Made by a program: the position numbers and the translations under genes. This document shows positions 35,517-49,565 of a stretch of DNA of 64,000 nt, piece by piece. The notes beneath the pieces were generated by a model that was not told the origin of the DNA, did not search any database, and was given only the letters and a program-made list of their open reading frames with translations. Positions within the stretch are counted from its first letter, which is position 1, and every line of letters starts with the position of its first letter. Source of the DNA: Marsupella aquatica (taxonomy: Eukaryota; Plantae; Marchantiophyta); the NCBI GenBank assembly GCA_973895155.1, contig OZ316895.1, forward strand, positions 20,040,803 through 20,104,802, in the 5' to 3' direction.

Positions 35517-37748
35517 ATGCACTAAACCAGGTGGTGCGTTCCTTGATAAGTTAGCACACACCCCCTAAAACGTGCACTTATTGATATGGGCTGCTCTATC
35601 AGTGAGTAGCCCCTTACCTCATATCCCTGCCCTCATTCTTTACTCTACTAAGAATGGGTAATCCTGCATTTATTAGTAAAATGCTATTTCATGGCTTTGT
35701 GCTTTTACCCATAAGAGCAGACATACACTTATTGAGGGTAAGCGCTTATGAAGTTGTCTTTTAGGAAAATGATTGAAGCCCTGTGTGCGCTTACAACATA
35801 CGCTTAAAAAGCACTTATCCCGTGTTAGAAAATAGAGTAGGAGAGGATGCCCTGGGCTAATCAAGGGTAAGCGCTTATGGAGTCTGAGCTTAGACAGAGC
35901 CCACTATAGTAAGATAACCCCCTTTGGACCGTGGTTTACATTAATCTAACCCATTCGATGGGTTGGGGTACCTTTCACAACCTGAGGTATGGGATGCTTT
36001 CTGTTCCCTCCACTCCGTTCCTGGTTTAGACAGAGCTCGAGATTGAAACTCCGTGAAATGAGAGCTTGGACAATTCGGGATGCATCAAATTCAAGCAGCG
36101 AATCGTTGAAATTGGAGAGAGAGAGCATGGGAAATTGGAATGGAGATGGAGGCGACAGTTTATGGTTGGGAGGCGCCAGATAGACAGACGGAAACATCAG
36201 TTCGACTACGGAGCTGGGGAATTTTGGTTGTGAGTGATTCTAATGTGCGGCCCGATTGAAGTTTGGAGGTCCTTGAAGAAAGGGTTTCACATACAGGTAC
36301 TAAAATTGGATCATCGTCGAGAATTGCTTGTAGTTGGGAGTGAGCTAGAGGTGCTCCTTTCTTCCCCTTGTGCACCATCATTCTTGAGACCCACAACTGG
36401 ATGACTAGATAGACCCACAGCTGAATGAATAAGTAGTCGAAATTCTGGATGCAGTTTGCAACCACTCGCTCGTCAGCATTGCCGCCCAAGCTTCGTAGTG
36501 TCATTTCTTACTGACCTTGGGTCTGCTGCTGAGCTGAGCTGGTCTTGTTCTCTGAGCTGGTCTTGTTCTCATTGAACTACTTTCATCAGCTGATTTACGG
36601 GCCTCACAAGCCAAAGCCAAATCTATGAATGAATATTTTTCAAGACTTTTATCGCTAGTTGGCTTTCCATCCCCTCGCTTCAATATGAGCACTTCAAGCG
36701 TATGGGCAGAAGATTCTATTTTTCTGCAATGGGTGAGATAGGAAGGACCAATATCTCGAGACCTACCAGATACCATGGGTCGCCCACCCGTGTGGACACT
36801 AAGCCCTCTGGTAGACTGGGGTATGAAGCCCTGAAGTACCCTGTAGTCGGAATTCTCGCTGACGGACTACGATCGTGTCAACAGAAGCTCGAGACAGCTA
36901 TCCCTTGCTTGAACAGACGAAACTGAATGTTTAAGGTTCAATCAAATTCTATGTAAATTGGGTGGTTTTAAAAGTCGTTGACCTTTCGAAAAGTGAGCTT
37001 CTTTGGTGGAATTTTAGTTCCCGAGACAACCGCCCTGGGTAAGAGGCCGAAGTCCAAGATAATCTCTTACTGTACGCACAATCAAACCTAATGATCAGAC
37101 AGGTAGAATGTCCTTCAATCTCGAACACTAGTGGGACCAAAGAATTACTTAGCGCTGTGAACTCTAACTTGTCCTCGTTCTTGAACATGCTGGATAGTGG
37201 GACCACAAACCCTCCTTCTGACTCTAAAAGCGCATAGCTCTGAATTGGGCCAATCTCGCTCTTCATCACCAGTGAGTTATTAATGTTCGGTGAAGTACAG
37301 CGTAAAGTGAAGCGCGGAAGAAATGCTCATCTGTACTTTCGCAAAAGAAGATGGGTTACTAGAGTATCCTTTAGATTTGGTCAGGTTTCAACCAAAGCAA
37401 AGATCTTGCCGTTCTCTCAAAACAAGACTCCGCACGCGTTTAATTGATTTTGAATTTAAAGTACATGATTACGAAAAATCTGAAGGAAAGCTGGTGTACC
37501 AATATGTTTTCATCACCTCTTCAGTTTTTGCAGTTTTTGCAATTTTTGGTTTTGGTTTTGGTTTGGACTGTGTCAATTTTGCTCGAGGAGTACTGCATGG
37601 TTTGGTTGCGGTGAGACAGCAGATTGAGACTGATGCGGTGTAACTCCAACTTTTGTGCACATTGTCAGGACGGAATCGAATTCAGGTGTTGTGGCTCTTT
37701 TTGGTAGTTGGTACGGACCCTGTTCGCCGGATTTCTGAGCCCCTAGTC

Positions 37749-40700
37749 ATGAAGGAGCAATATGATTACCTATCCTTGGGGCAGGCAGTTCTGCGCAAAG
37801 GAGAGGAAGTTAACTTTTACGGTGCTGTTAGCGAGTACGAGCATCCGAAACCAACTCGTGGCTCAGGTGAGCTAAGTTTATTCGCTTTTTAATTTGAAGT
37901 AGTCCACATTGGATGGGTCTTCAGGTCTGTTTTGCGCTCTCATGCTCTTCATGTTTCTACATTGCTTAATATTCTTATTGCGACCCTGGTTTTCTTGCTT
38001 TAAACCCTAAAACCTTTAAACTTTTGATAGGCTTCTTGTCAACAGCTTAATGATTTCTGTTGCAACATAAGTCTAGGACTGTTCAGGGCTAGATGAGCTG
38101 AGAGAGTGTCGAGGTCAGTGTATGCATTATCAAGGCTTTGTTATGGCGCCACATCGAACTCGTGGACGCTTTGAGCTTATATTGACTAATTCATCGAAAC
38201 AATTCCCGACAGATGTGATCTGTACCATGAGTGTGGTGGACATGACCTACGACAATCCTGGCTTGAGGTTACTAATCTTTGCATCAGCAGCGAATTGCCC
38301 ACTAGTCAAGTCTATTGGTGATATAATTCGAGTCCATCGGGTTGAGGTGAGGCAGTCACGATGAACAGACTCTTTGCAATCTGATATGTTCCTAGAGCAG
38401 TGCTTTCGAACCCCTTTGTGTGAACAGAACGGCGTTTAATGCCGTGTAAAAACCTCAGTATATGCGTAGCTTAGCGGGATTGTTCTTCCTATATATCCCC
38501 CATCTATAGCCTTATGCGGTTTGCAACGAGATACCTCTGCCTAGCTCCTGAGGATTTACTGGACAGAGGCGTTAGTCATATTTTGCAAACGCAGGTTTTG
38601 TCTCTCTTCTAAAACTTGAGCAAGAAAGCTAGGTAGTCGTTCAGGGTGTCTTCGTCCATTGTCTGAAAAGGCAGAAGGCTCTTGCCCTGCATTCAGGAAG
38701 GACCTGTCTATCAGGCTGCCATCTTCCGGAAATGAGTGCCGGCCTTGCTGGATGCCGGTCAAGGATGTCTCTTGCTCTCTTTCTACTTGATAGCTAGTCT
38801 CTTGATTTGCCCTGTGGATTCCAATCCCATGGCCTATTTAGGTCTCTGTGGAATTTAAAATAATGAAATTGGTTCATTCATCCTTCCTGACGATGGAAGA
38901 AAAGATTTTACCGTTTTGTTAGTTCCGTCCGTCCAAGTCTACCCTGACTAGAGTTTGTCTCGTGTCAGAAGGAAGATGTCACCTGAGGTGTCTCCTTGTT
39001 AACGCATGGCTGAAACTAGAAATGAAGAACCACACATATATTGAATAGCGTCTTTGCTCAATTTCTGCTATATGTTCTTATTTAATTTGGGGAGATTTTT
39101 GACAGATGGGAGACTACAAGGGAGAGCCGCAGGCAATTGCTAAAATCAGCCGGAAGTCTTCCTACATCCTATTTCAGGGAAAGAATGGAAACGGTTATGA
39201 ACCCTACCAAAAAGCACATGGTACATTCTCGTTTGAGCCACATGATGAACAAAGAGTTGACGTCATGCGGAAGTGGATCGAATCTCATCCTCTGTACACG
39301 CGTGAGTTTACTTGACCCTACTGTACTTATTTGAATAGAAGAAAACTTCTCAGCTTCCTAGTTCTCAATCGAAATGATTCCCTTTAGCTTGTTGTAGCAC
39401 CAAGCATTCCACTGTTACGTATTAACAGAAGAGAAAGGTTTGATGACGGAACTAGGGTAATGAAACATATTCTGATTGGGCTTGTTTGGACCTTGGTCAA
39501 CTGATCGTTTTTCTTTGCACTTTTCAGGCGTAAGCGATTATTTAGTTCCTATAAGTGGAATTAAGGATTGCTCTTATTTTGATTTGTGCTGTAAGGTGCA
39601 AGATCTAGCTTTGACACCTGTTACTCCTTGAATGCTTAAATTTAAGTCAAATGTGAGAATTGAGAACGAGGCGGGATGAGTAATTGTGTGCCCAGACTAA
39701 ACAACCTTACACGCTCAGATATAATGTTGTCAGGATACCCAAGGAAGTAGAGTAACTCACCCTTCGCTGGAATCATCGCCAGATCCTTTATGTGGTGGAA
39801 AGAACACCAGAGCACTCCACCATAATCTACGTTTGGGATGGCACTGATGCAGTGCCGAGATTCATATCAATACTGTATGTTTGTTCTTAACTGGCTACTC
39901 ACATAATTCTTCGCTGCATTTTATTTTGAGCTTATGGGATAGAGTCTTACCAATCTTTGAGATACGCTGACCTCCTGCGCTACCTTTTGTTCAACTTGAC
40001 TTTGGCCCTCGTCACTCCTTACAATTTGTCTCGCTTGTATGTAGCAAACCAGAAACAGATGAAGATTTTGAATCGGAAGCAATTTGCACAAATGGTTATC
40101 CACAATCTCTCCTGCCCAGAGATGTACTTTGCGACCTCCCCCCATTGGGTACTGTGCTACCCATCATACAAGAGATCCAGTTGGACGATCTACCCGGACA
40201 ACTGCCCCAGTGTGGTGATTGGGTGAAGTTTCGGAATCTTGCATGTCGCAGTCGAGCAGGCATATCAGAAGCAGTATTTAGGCGTGAGAGCAAAATTAGC
40301 CTTCTCTCAAAAGACACTCAATTGGTTAAGAACTGTGAAAGGTACGCTCTTCCCTGCATCTAGTCTTGCTCTTGACAAAAGAATCAAGTTTAAGGATAGT
40401 TGGTAAGAGGAGCTTTATCAACCTCCAAGCCTTCAAAATCATAGTGCTTGCTTGACATTGTGGCTCTCCAGAATGCTCATGAAAGCCCACAGCCCTTGAC
40501 TTATGGTTGCAGTCTTTATGAAGTACGGATCCTTTCAGAGCAGGGCCGCCTTCCACAATCATCTCCGCAGCCTCCACAGTTATTGCAGTCATTGACAGGT
40601 AGGCCTTGAATATAGAGTGGGGAAATTGCTGCTAATATGACGATGCAGTAGAAGGTTCTGATCCTACTTTGTTCCCATTCCAGTGACAGACTATGAGCAT

Positions 40701-41482
40701 ATGCCCTTCTCAACCCTGAGGGAGGTTCTGGCACACCCACAGGTAAGGAGTCATCCTTTTAGATTGCCTTCTGGCTTACTCCTTAGACATATGAGGCCAT
40801 ATGTTATCCTGAATTATCGGTTCAGATTTCTCATATCTCCAATTCACTCTGATGCTATTTATGTTCCGTCTGTCTCTCAGGTAACTCAGAAGTTTCGCTG
40901 CCTCGTGCGAGTGATATCTACATGGCCATCAGAAGTTGTAGATTTCTGTGAACCTGTGACAAACCAAGAAAAGACCCCTACAACCGAACTTTGGAATCCC
41001 CAATTTGTATATACAGTCAGGTTGACTCTTGAGGATCCTACTGCCAGGCTTCACGCATACTTATATGACGAAGATGGGGTACGTGTCTCTCAATTTAATC
41101 CTCAATGTTGGTCAGTCAAGGATCCATTTAAGCCTGTTGGTTTCCGTTGATTTTGTCGCTAAAGATAAGTGCAACAGCGCTAGATCGGTAATTCTGACGT
41201 TGATATCTATCGTTCAATTCACCATCCATGGTTTTTGACGCGCAGGCAAAGTTTTTCAATGGCCACCCTCCTGCAGATTTACATGACTACGGTTCGATTG
41301 TAGGAGCTCTTCAAAGAAAGGTGCACAGGCTGTTAGGGGTTAGATTATCCGAAGAGAGTGGACTCCCGTCGTACCGTGACCCACCATGGATAAAGTGTTG
41401 CATCAAGTCCTACTACACTGACAAATCAAAACCTTGGGAAAGCAGATGCTTCAGAATATTCGGAACCACTTATCCTGGTTAA
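37749..41482 (+). CDS. POT1: Protection of telomeres 1 (OB-fold single-stranded telomere-binding protein); exons 37749-37866, 38213-38346, 39106-39301, 39528-39595, 39783-39874, 40045-40341, 40513-40598, 40684-40742, 40881-41078, 41246-41482
   Basis: VNFYGAV..PKPTRGSD, P.VKSIGDIIRVHRV, YFDLCCK, YVWDGTD, LPPLGTVL, GDWVKFRN, LTLEDPTARLHAYL, WIKCCIKSYY..FRIFGT; GT-AG introns in consistent phase. Confidence 0.93.
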
Positions 41483-41879
41483 TAACAGACTCTTTCCAGT
41501 CAATATCCATTGCAATTTTAACCAGGTAATTGAACAGTCAGATATATATGGGAAGATCCCAGCGATGATGTCCTGCAATTTGCTCCCTTCTGTGTGTAAA
41601 GAGGTGACCCGGCTCTCACACGATTGTACATTAATGTAGCTTTTGGGACACCTAGTTGGTGTGTCAACCTTGAACTTTCGTGGAGAATGCAATGGCCATT
41701 CGGCCTACTTTGAAACCCTTCTGACCTGGCACGTTCATAACACTGTCAAAGCTCCTACTGCATTTTGACGACATTTCAAGCCCTTGTGGCGGTTTAGTCT
41801 TCTGGGGTTTTCCCTTGTTGTGCCCCCTTTAGTGGGTCTTCTGCCTTTGGGATCACGTTATTTTAGATGGGCGCCTCTT

Positions 41880-42040
41880 GTTATTTTGGCAGTGCTATAT
41901 AATCCTAGGTACATAATCCTAGGTACATAATCCTAGGTACATTAGGGCACGTCTTGTTTTTTGGTAGTGCTATATAATCCTAGGTACATTAGGACACCTC
42001 TTGTTTTTTTGGCAGTGCTATATTATTCTGACTAGGTACA
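41880..42040. repeat. Short tandem repeats (ATAATCCTAGGTAC x3 inside a triplicated unit of about 45 bp)
   Basis: Visible directly downstream of POT1. Confidence 0.7.
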
Positions 42041-43427
42041 TTCTTAACACTGGTACAGCTGCCTATGGCATTCTCATAACTTCTCAAACACTTCCTACAC
42101 AACACGTCCACGATAGTGATATAGCTGCCATGGCATTTAATGAAAGTTTTTGAACCCTCAGCAACTAGCGCATGCAACGAGAACGTGAACAAACGGGATT
42201 GTTCTAGTGTAAGTCCGATCATCACAGGAACACCTTGCACGTGCGCGCACATCCAGTACAAGTACATGACTTGGCTCTGTACAACGGGGGAAACATGCCT
42301 GTAATTCTGACAAATTCCATGTGCTCCATACATGTGTGGCATAATTTGCTTAACATTTTTGTAGTGAACATGTTTGCTCGATTTCAAGATTTGTAGGGAA
42401 TATGGCACTCCAGACCAAACCGTTTTATTTGTTGCAAAATTTGCTTGATGTATGGGGAGAAATGCCCACCTTTGATTATGAACCTTTTGTTTATTACAAA
42501 ATTCGCTTGACATGTGGGATGAAATGCCCGCTTTTGGTCATTCGTAAAACTTCATTTTGATTGAACCTGTTCGGCTCAAATTTAGTGGCTCCCTGCAAAC
42601 GTGCCGTAGTCATCTTACGAAGTAGCGCAATAGTATTACCGGATGTACACTTTCTGAGTAACAGCGATGAGGATGTAGTCGTTGCTAATTTGCATCATAT
42701 AGCAGTACCTACTTTCCAGATAGTCACCCTTTGTTGACTTCAGATGTCTGCTATGAAGCTCTCGTGGAGGAGCTAACGTCTACTGTTCCGATTGCAACGA
42801 CTGTGTCACAAAATTGTACTGAATCACGATCCTACATGTATGCAACTTTCCAGCGATTCCTTTGTTAATTACTCTGCATCTCTCGGTGTAAACTATGTGT
42901 AACGTTAACATAGGGGTCCATTCCAATTAAGCACACAACAATGTAAACGCAGAAAAATGGAAGGGGCTCGCGTCAATTCATGTAATAACAGACTAATTCC
43001 ACATTCTTTCCGCCCCTTTCATCCCATCCTCGCTCAGAAATTTCATGAGGGCAAAACCAGCTACAACTGCAATTTTGCACGCCTCAGTGAGATGGCAGTA
43101 TATTTGCAGTGTTCACCCCAGCGAACTGTACATCAATTAGAAATACGCATGATAAAAAGTGGGGGCCAGAGAGGTACCGACAGTTGCCAATCACAGATGC
43201 TACTTGAAGCTCATGTTGTACAGCAAGGTCACTTCCCGAGTGCATTGGGTTCTAATTTAAATCAACAAGCGCGACCAGGAGAGCAACCAACACACATGGA
43301 GCAAAATCACCTGGCCAGCCGAAGTATTCGTTTTTGAACATTTGAGATAAGTTGGGCATGCCTCAGTGGAAGAAATCATTCGAACAACAAGACAGCCTAG
43401 AGGCATGTAGGATCGCTACCGAATTAC

Positions 43428-46182
43428 CTAGGAGGTTCTCTGCTTAACTCGTCGACCATTCGCATCGGCCCCGTCTGAGAACTGGCCCCATACAATCCTG
43501 TTTCTAGAAAATGAACCAACTTCCTCATCAACGCCTGCAATTGTTCTCAAAAGTTCGGATTGCAGGGATGGACAACTGTCCTTCAAGTACTCAAAGCCGT
43601 CCGATTGCATCACCGCTGTCAGAAGAAACAGAAAGACGATGAGATGTACAATCAAAACACTCGGACTCGGGCCATGTAAATATATGTAACGAGAAGAAAG
43701 AGAGTATCAGATATGGAGACTGAGGCTCACCCGGAAGATTGGAAGCCGCGAATTTCAGGCAAACGGATTTCAACTGCGATGCATGGTGTTGCTCTGCAAG
43801 AGCAAGAGTCGTGGCAACTGTGTCTGTGCTCACGTCTTCACACAACTTCGATTCACACAGCAACCTCAAACGGTCAAGCCCGTATCGATCTGCTGCGGCT
43901 AACAAATGCTGGGCCATGAGTGTAGAAGATGAGGAAGATGACCCCGTGACCTCAGTGGTATCGGGAAGTACGTCTCTGTAGATAAAATGCAACATGGCCT
44001 GCATTCACAGTAGGCATTCCCTCAGAACTGGCCCACAAGGACAATCAAATTGCTCCCAACAATTTGGCTGATAGAGATGGCTGCAGGCTAAGAACAAGAC
44101 TCGGCCACCAGATCTCTGAATTAACCCAAATATATAACCTCAGATACTGCAGGAAGCTTCAATTCATAGATACTGACTGCACAGTTTGCATTTCTTTAGC
44201 GGCATTTCGAATGGTCAGTACTCCAATCAAGGAACATCGTAAACTAGCGCACACATTATGGTAAAACATGAAATCCTAAATACCACAGATGTTCACAACG
44301 AATTAATAGGACGGGTTAATCCGTTGCGCAGCACTCCACATCATGTAGCAATGTTGCGAATAGCACACGACGGAACTGAAGAGCCCAGTCGTGTTACCCA
44401 CGAAATACCAGATACTAGAGATAGATGTCAACAACAAGTGAATTTAACAGATTGGGATGGCTGCTTTTAAGCTGCATTCAGTATAATACGCCACTAACCA
44501 TCAACACATGACGGAAACTCGAGAACACAGCAAGCTACGCATATAAACCCGTTATTTCAGATAGATATCAACAATCAACAAGAGTGATTGAATGACACAA
44601 CTCATTCCGCATGGCATTCACTACGGCGTCCAATACAACGAAAACGCGAGAAAACAGTCAGGTCACAACTGCAATCCATATATCACAGATGAATGTCCAC
44701 AGCCAAACAATTAACTGCATTCAGTATGATAAATCATGTTGCACCAATCAACACACAACGGGAACAGATACCAGTAAATAAACACATACGAACCCAATGA
44801 TGCTGATGTTTGTGTTGTTAAGTACCTTAAATACTGGAGCTTCCATATCTTTTATATGGATCTTGCCGCTATTCCGATCGCGCATTAGCCCAAAGAGTTG
44901 AGCCTTGAAAACAGGAGATCTGGCAGCCAGCACCAGCTTGTGAGCTTGGAAAGTCTCCCCGTCAACTTCAAAAGTCACGTCACCAAAGGTAGCATCACCT
45001 TCGCCGCTATCTAACAACGCACCGAAATGCTGACCCAAATCAGGCTCCGGCACCGAAATAGTATACAACTTCGGACTCTGTGTCGCTGACACAACTACCC
45101 CAACCGTACACGTGATAGACAGGGTGTCATTCTTCAAGAAATCAGATGTCTCTAATACTGCTCGCCGAAAAAAACGCTTATATCCCCTGGATCATGAGAC
45201 ACAGTAAGGACAATCACAAGATTAGAGAACTGCTCGTCTTTCGCCGATAACGGACGTAATCTGCAAATAGTCAGTCGGTAGGGAAGGAAAATGCTCTCCC
45301 CTACATAACGTAAGCTAACATTGAAAAGACGTCTCCGCCGGCAGAGAAAGCAATCCCCCGCAGATAACTCGAATAAGGTCAAAATCTGCACAACTCTTCC
45401 CTTTGGACTCTTCTCTGGCGGCAAGGAAAAATAGAGAGACCAGAAGGCCTGAGACAGAAATAAAACAGTATTGCTTAACTAGTACTCTTCTGCAGATAAT
45501 GGAGGTTGCAAGTAAGTCCTACGGTGAGTAGTGGTGAGAAAACAGTTCCCACAGAAATCAGACTGCATTGCAAAGTCAAGTCCGACGGCAGGGAAGAAAA
45601 TAATCGACAAACTGATCAAACGACAACAAATGTCTACGCCAGTACTTTCTGAAGACTAGAAAGATGATCAGAGAGAGCAGAGGGCCAACAATAACCACCG
45701 CCAACGGAAGCCAATAATGCAGGAACAAGTGCGAGAGTCACGAAAGAGAGAGTCAGATTGGGAGAGGTGCCAACATACCACATGCTACCGCGGTACTTAA
45801 GGGTGTAAGGGCCACTTTCGAGAGAGCGGTCGAAGTGGCTGTGCACCTTGTGCTTGGCCTTGTTGCTCTGATCCAAAAGAGTCAACTCGAAGAGCGCACG
45901 CACGTCCGTGCCCTCGCTCGCAAGTGCAATAAAAACAGAGACATAAAGCGAATTGTCCTCCGCGTTCTTTCCGTCGGGATAGAAGTAGATGGCCCATTGA
46001 TAACCACCCACGGTGAAGCTCTCGCTCGCGATATATTTCCCCACGCCCATCCCCTTCGCGAGAGAATAGCCATTTATTGTGAAATAGTGAGACCCGTTCA
46101 CAGTTTCAGTAACGCTGCGGGACCGAGTTCCTGCTCCCGCGCCCGCACTGCTGTCCTGCAAGGCCATCGGCGTCCGTGCCAT
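43428..46182 (-). CDS. BPM: BTB/POZ-MATH (BPM) CUL3 substrate adaptor; exons 46182-45779, 45186-44826, 43998-43731, 43615-43428
   Basis: MATH: [38 protein letters not shown]|[11 protein letters not shown]: [25 protein letters not shown] and [23 protein letters not shown]-terminus ends GRRVKQR. Confidence 0.96.
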
Positions 46183-46767
46183 GACCTTTCTTCCTTCATC
46201 CCCGCTCTAACTCCATTCCCGTCCCCCTCCCCCCCCCCCCCCTCCCTGTCCTTCCTCTCCCCACGAACCCTACTCTCTTGTCTCTCACTCTCTACCTCTC
46301 TTTTTCTCTTCTCTCCTACTTCGTCGCCCACAACTTCCACCTATGCTTCCTGCACCTCTAATCGCCACAGCCACAGAACACAACGCCTGACCTAATCTCT
46401 AAAAAATCGACCTCCAGTCCCCCGAATTCATTCCGATCGTTCGTGTCACCCTGTTCGTCTACCAATCACCTACTCCATTTCCATTCACCATCAATCCCCC
46501 CCTCCTCCTTATTTTCCGCCACTCCTCCTTGCGTCGTCAATCCCTCATCCCCCTCGTGCTCGATCAATTTGTGATCTCCCTGCTAGCCGATTGATTCTCC
46601 CTATTAGAACTATTGTCCGCTATTCGTCTCCGTGCCTGCCTCGATTGCCTCTCGACGCTTCTTCTGTTTTTCTCCTTCCTGTCCACTGTCTCTCGTCCGT
46701 CTCGTCCACACCCACCCGCTCCGGGTGGAGCAGGAAGGAAGTGTGACTCCTCGACTCGACTCCAATA

Positions 46768-46856
46768 CTCTCTCGTCTCTTCTCTTCTCTTCTCTTCTCG
46801 TCTCGTCTCGTCTCGTCTCCTCTCCTCTCCTCTCCTCTCGTCGCGCGTCGTCTCGT
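46768..46856. repeat. Pyrimidine-rich microsatellite (TCTCT/TCTCG/TCTCC)n in the BPM 5' region
   Basis: Visible directly. Confidence 0.8.
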
Positions 46857-47044
46857 TGAGGCAGCCTTCGCTGCGCTCCGCGTGCTGCCGCTCTGCTCGG
46901 TGCAGCGCTACCTCGGCCTATAGGACTAAGAACCACTCAGCCCGCAACGTTGCGGTATTTATGTACAGCCTGAGAAAAGGAGTTGTCTGAAGGACTCGTG
47001 TGCGAAGTGCTGCTGCTGCCGCTGCGGGTGCGGTGCGGTGCGGT

Positions 47045-47350
47045 TCTGTGGGTTGGGTTGGGTTCCTCCGTCGTTACGTCGCCGTCGTTGTGGGTTGATT
47101 GGGTTCTTCCTTTGTCCGTCGCCATCGCCGTCGTCGCCGTTGTATTGGGGTGCGTTACGTTGGGTTGGGTTGGGTTGGGTCCTCCTTCCTTATGTCGTCG
47201 TTGTCACGGGTTGAGTTCGGTTCCTCCTTTGGTTACATTGCCGTCGCCGTCGTTGTGGGTTGAGTTGAGTTCCTCCTTCGTTACGCCGCCGTCGTATTGC
47301 GTTGGATTGGGTTTCCTCCTTCCTTACGTCGCCGTCGTCGTGGTCGTGGT
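47045..47350. repeat. Degenerate GGGTT/CGCCGTCGT repeat array upstream of BPM
   Basis: About 4 copies of GTTAC..CGCCGTCGT..GGGTTG..GGGTTC.TCC. Confidence 0.55.
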
Positions 47351-49451
47351 CGACTGGCAGACTGGCGATACCCACTGCTGTCTTTGTTCTCACCGTATGC
47401 GGTGAGCATACGGTACCGTCCTCGGGCTTGATAGCACGCGCTGTACAATCGGCTCGCTATAAGTGCACACTCGATAAGTGTAAACCGTGGCCAGTTGCAA
47501 CGCGTCCCGTTCTTCCCCTCTTTTTCCGACCATTTAGCATTGAGATGGTCTATTAGCTTCCATAGACCACAATGTTTCACAAGATGCGCTAATAGACCAC
47601 CTCAATGTGCATAGAGCTCTGAAACGTTAGTTGTTGGGGTATACTAGGGCGTCTCAAGCTGAAGAAAATGCCGGGTTTTAGTTGGGTTGAGATTTCGCCT
47701 TGCGGGACACAGACCCAAAGTGTGCAGTACATTGAGTTGGCGACCGCACTGTTTTGCCAGGGCTTTTCTCTAACTGCAGGCCGCAGATTTTTCCAATACC
47801 TATAAGAGCTTGTACAACGCCTCTCAAAGTTTACCCCAAGACTCATGCCCAAAACTCAAGACCCAGCCCTGTTTTTGGCGTTGTTTTCTGGCGGTCAGCA
47901 GCCCGGATGCTCTCTAGAGACGCAAACTCTGAGATGCCCTTCTGTAGTGTCATCCCAGCTCACCCAAGATAGCATGAAAGATTAATTTTGTATTCCAGGA
48001 AATAAGGGTGCAAAAATAAGATTCTCCTTTTTCAGTTTTAATCTAAAAATAATGTATATACTGAACAGTCGTTGTTCACAAAAGATGTCAGAATAATTCT
48101 TAATGCTTACATGCAAAATTCCTTTGAGATTTCACAACCACTCCGAAAATATTCTGTCAGTCAGTCCAAAATTCTATAAATCATGATTTTTTTGAGCAAA
48201 CCTGGACCTGCTGGCGATAATTTTATTCGGGCAGACTCTTGTGTAAAGAGAAACTGAAGCTCCATATACCATAAAATTTGAGAAGATGCTCCAATATACC
48301 ATCGTGCTAGAGCTGTATTTGAACACAACAACACTCCATGTGCCAGAATCTGACCGTCCTCCTTAATGTAGGGAGATCTAATGGTAAAAAATTAATCCTG
48401 AAAAATAAGATATAAATGGTTCTTAGGAATCTTCTACTGTGGACCCGTACATTGGTCACAGGGAAACAAGGGAAAACCTAAAATAATCTGCTGCGCATTA
48501 TGAGCCCTTCACGTGTAGCAAACGGTGCGAAAAGGTTTCCTTAAATAAAGTGTCCCGTTGAGAAAGAAAGGACGGCTTTCCTTACAACATACGCTCTCGC
48601 AGATTATAAGCACTTCAAAAACTGAGGCCAGGATGGCCCACCATGTTGGGCACATTGCTTAATTGGACCACATTTTGGTGGTACATGTGAATTTTGGGCC
48701 CATAACATGATGCTTATGAAGCTTAAAATAATATTGAATTTTTCATTTGCAAGACTAACTAGATGATCCCATTGGAGGAAGACTAACTAGATGATTATGA
48801 ATCTTAAAACAATTTTAAAGTTTTGCATTTGCAAGACAAGGAGAGAAAGGAGAGACATGAAAGGAACACTGCAGACTAACACAATGAAAAATTGATCTAA
48901 TGGAATTTTCACTCTGCATTTCATGATGAGAAATGCAACAAAATGACCAAATATGCACTATCACTTTGATGTAAGTGTAGTTTACCTACTCTTCTTGAGT
49001 ATTTTGATTTGAGTTTATGAGTGATAGTGCGTATTTGAACTTCTTTGATATACTTTGATTTGAGTTTATGAGTATAAAGTTATTACAATGAAACTCAACT
49101 TTTGGGAAATGTAGTACATGGGAGTTTCAAAGACAACCTTGTGGTCCATGGGGGCTTCAGATTCAAACCCTTCACCTGTAGCAAATGTGGGAAAATTCGC
49201 ACACCCAAAGGAAGCAGAACCAAAATAATGTGCAAGAATTCGCACATAAAGGAAACAGTAGCTGAGCTTTCACTTTCTCACGTTCCGTGAATGAGACAAA
49301 GAGAGAGCCGACGAGGCGACCATGGGGCCCACAGTCAAACTCATCACGTCGCCATGGCAGCAGCTGATGACGCATGTGGACTTCTGGATGGGCCTCTGGT
49401 GCACCATGGCCCGCTTCACATGCATGACTTCCACTCGGGCCCTTTTTCGCA

Positions 49452-49565
49452 GCTGCTTCTTCAGGGGCATTGCGAACTACCAGACAAGGTTCCATGGGCC
49501 TGCTTCGCACTGCTTCTACAGGGGCGATGCGAACTACCAGACAAGGTTCCATGGGCCTTCTTCGC
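49452..49565. repeat. About 57-bp tandem duplication
   Basis: CAGGGGC..TGCGAACTACCAGACAAGGTTCCATGGGCCT occurs twice. Confidence 0.75.

Noticed and set aside
35946-37650. Several 60-115 aa ORFs upstream of POT1
   Set aside because: No domain similarity or consistent exon structure recognised.
38000-38014. Telomere-like AAACCCTAA in POT1 intron 1 as an autoregulatory site
   Set aside because: A single short motif that is common in plant genomes and expected by chance.
46610-47405. ORFs of 108-140 aa upstream of BPM
   Set aside because: Products of microsatellite and low-complexity sequence.
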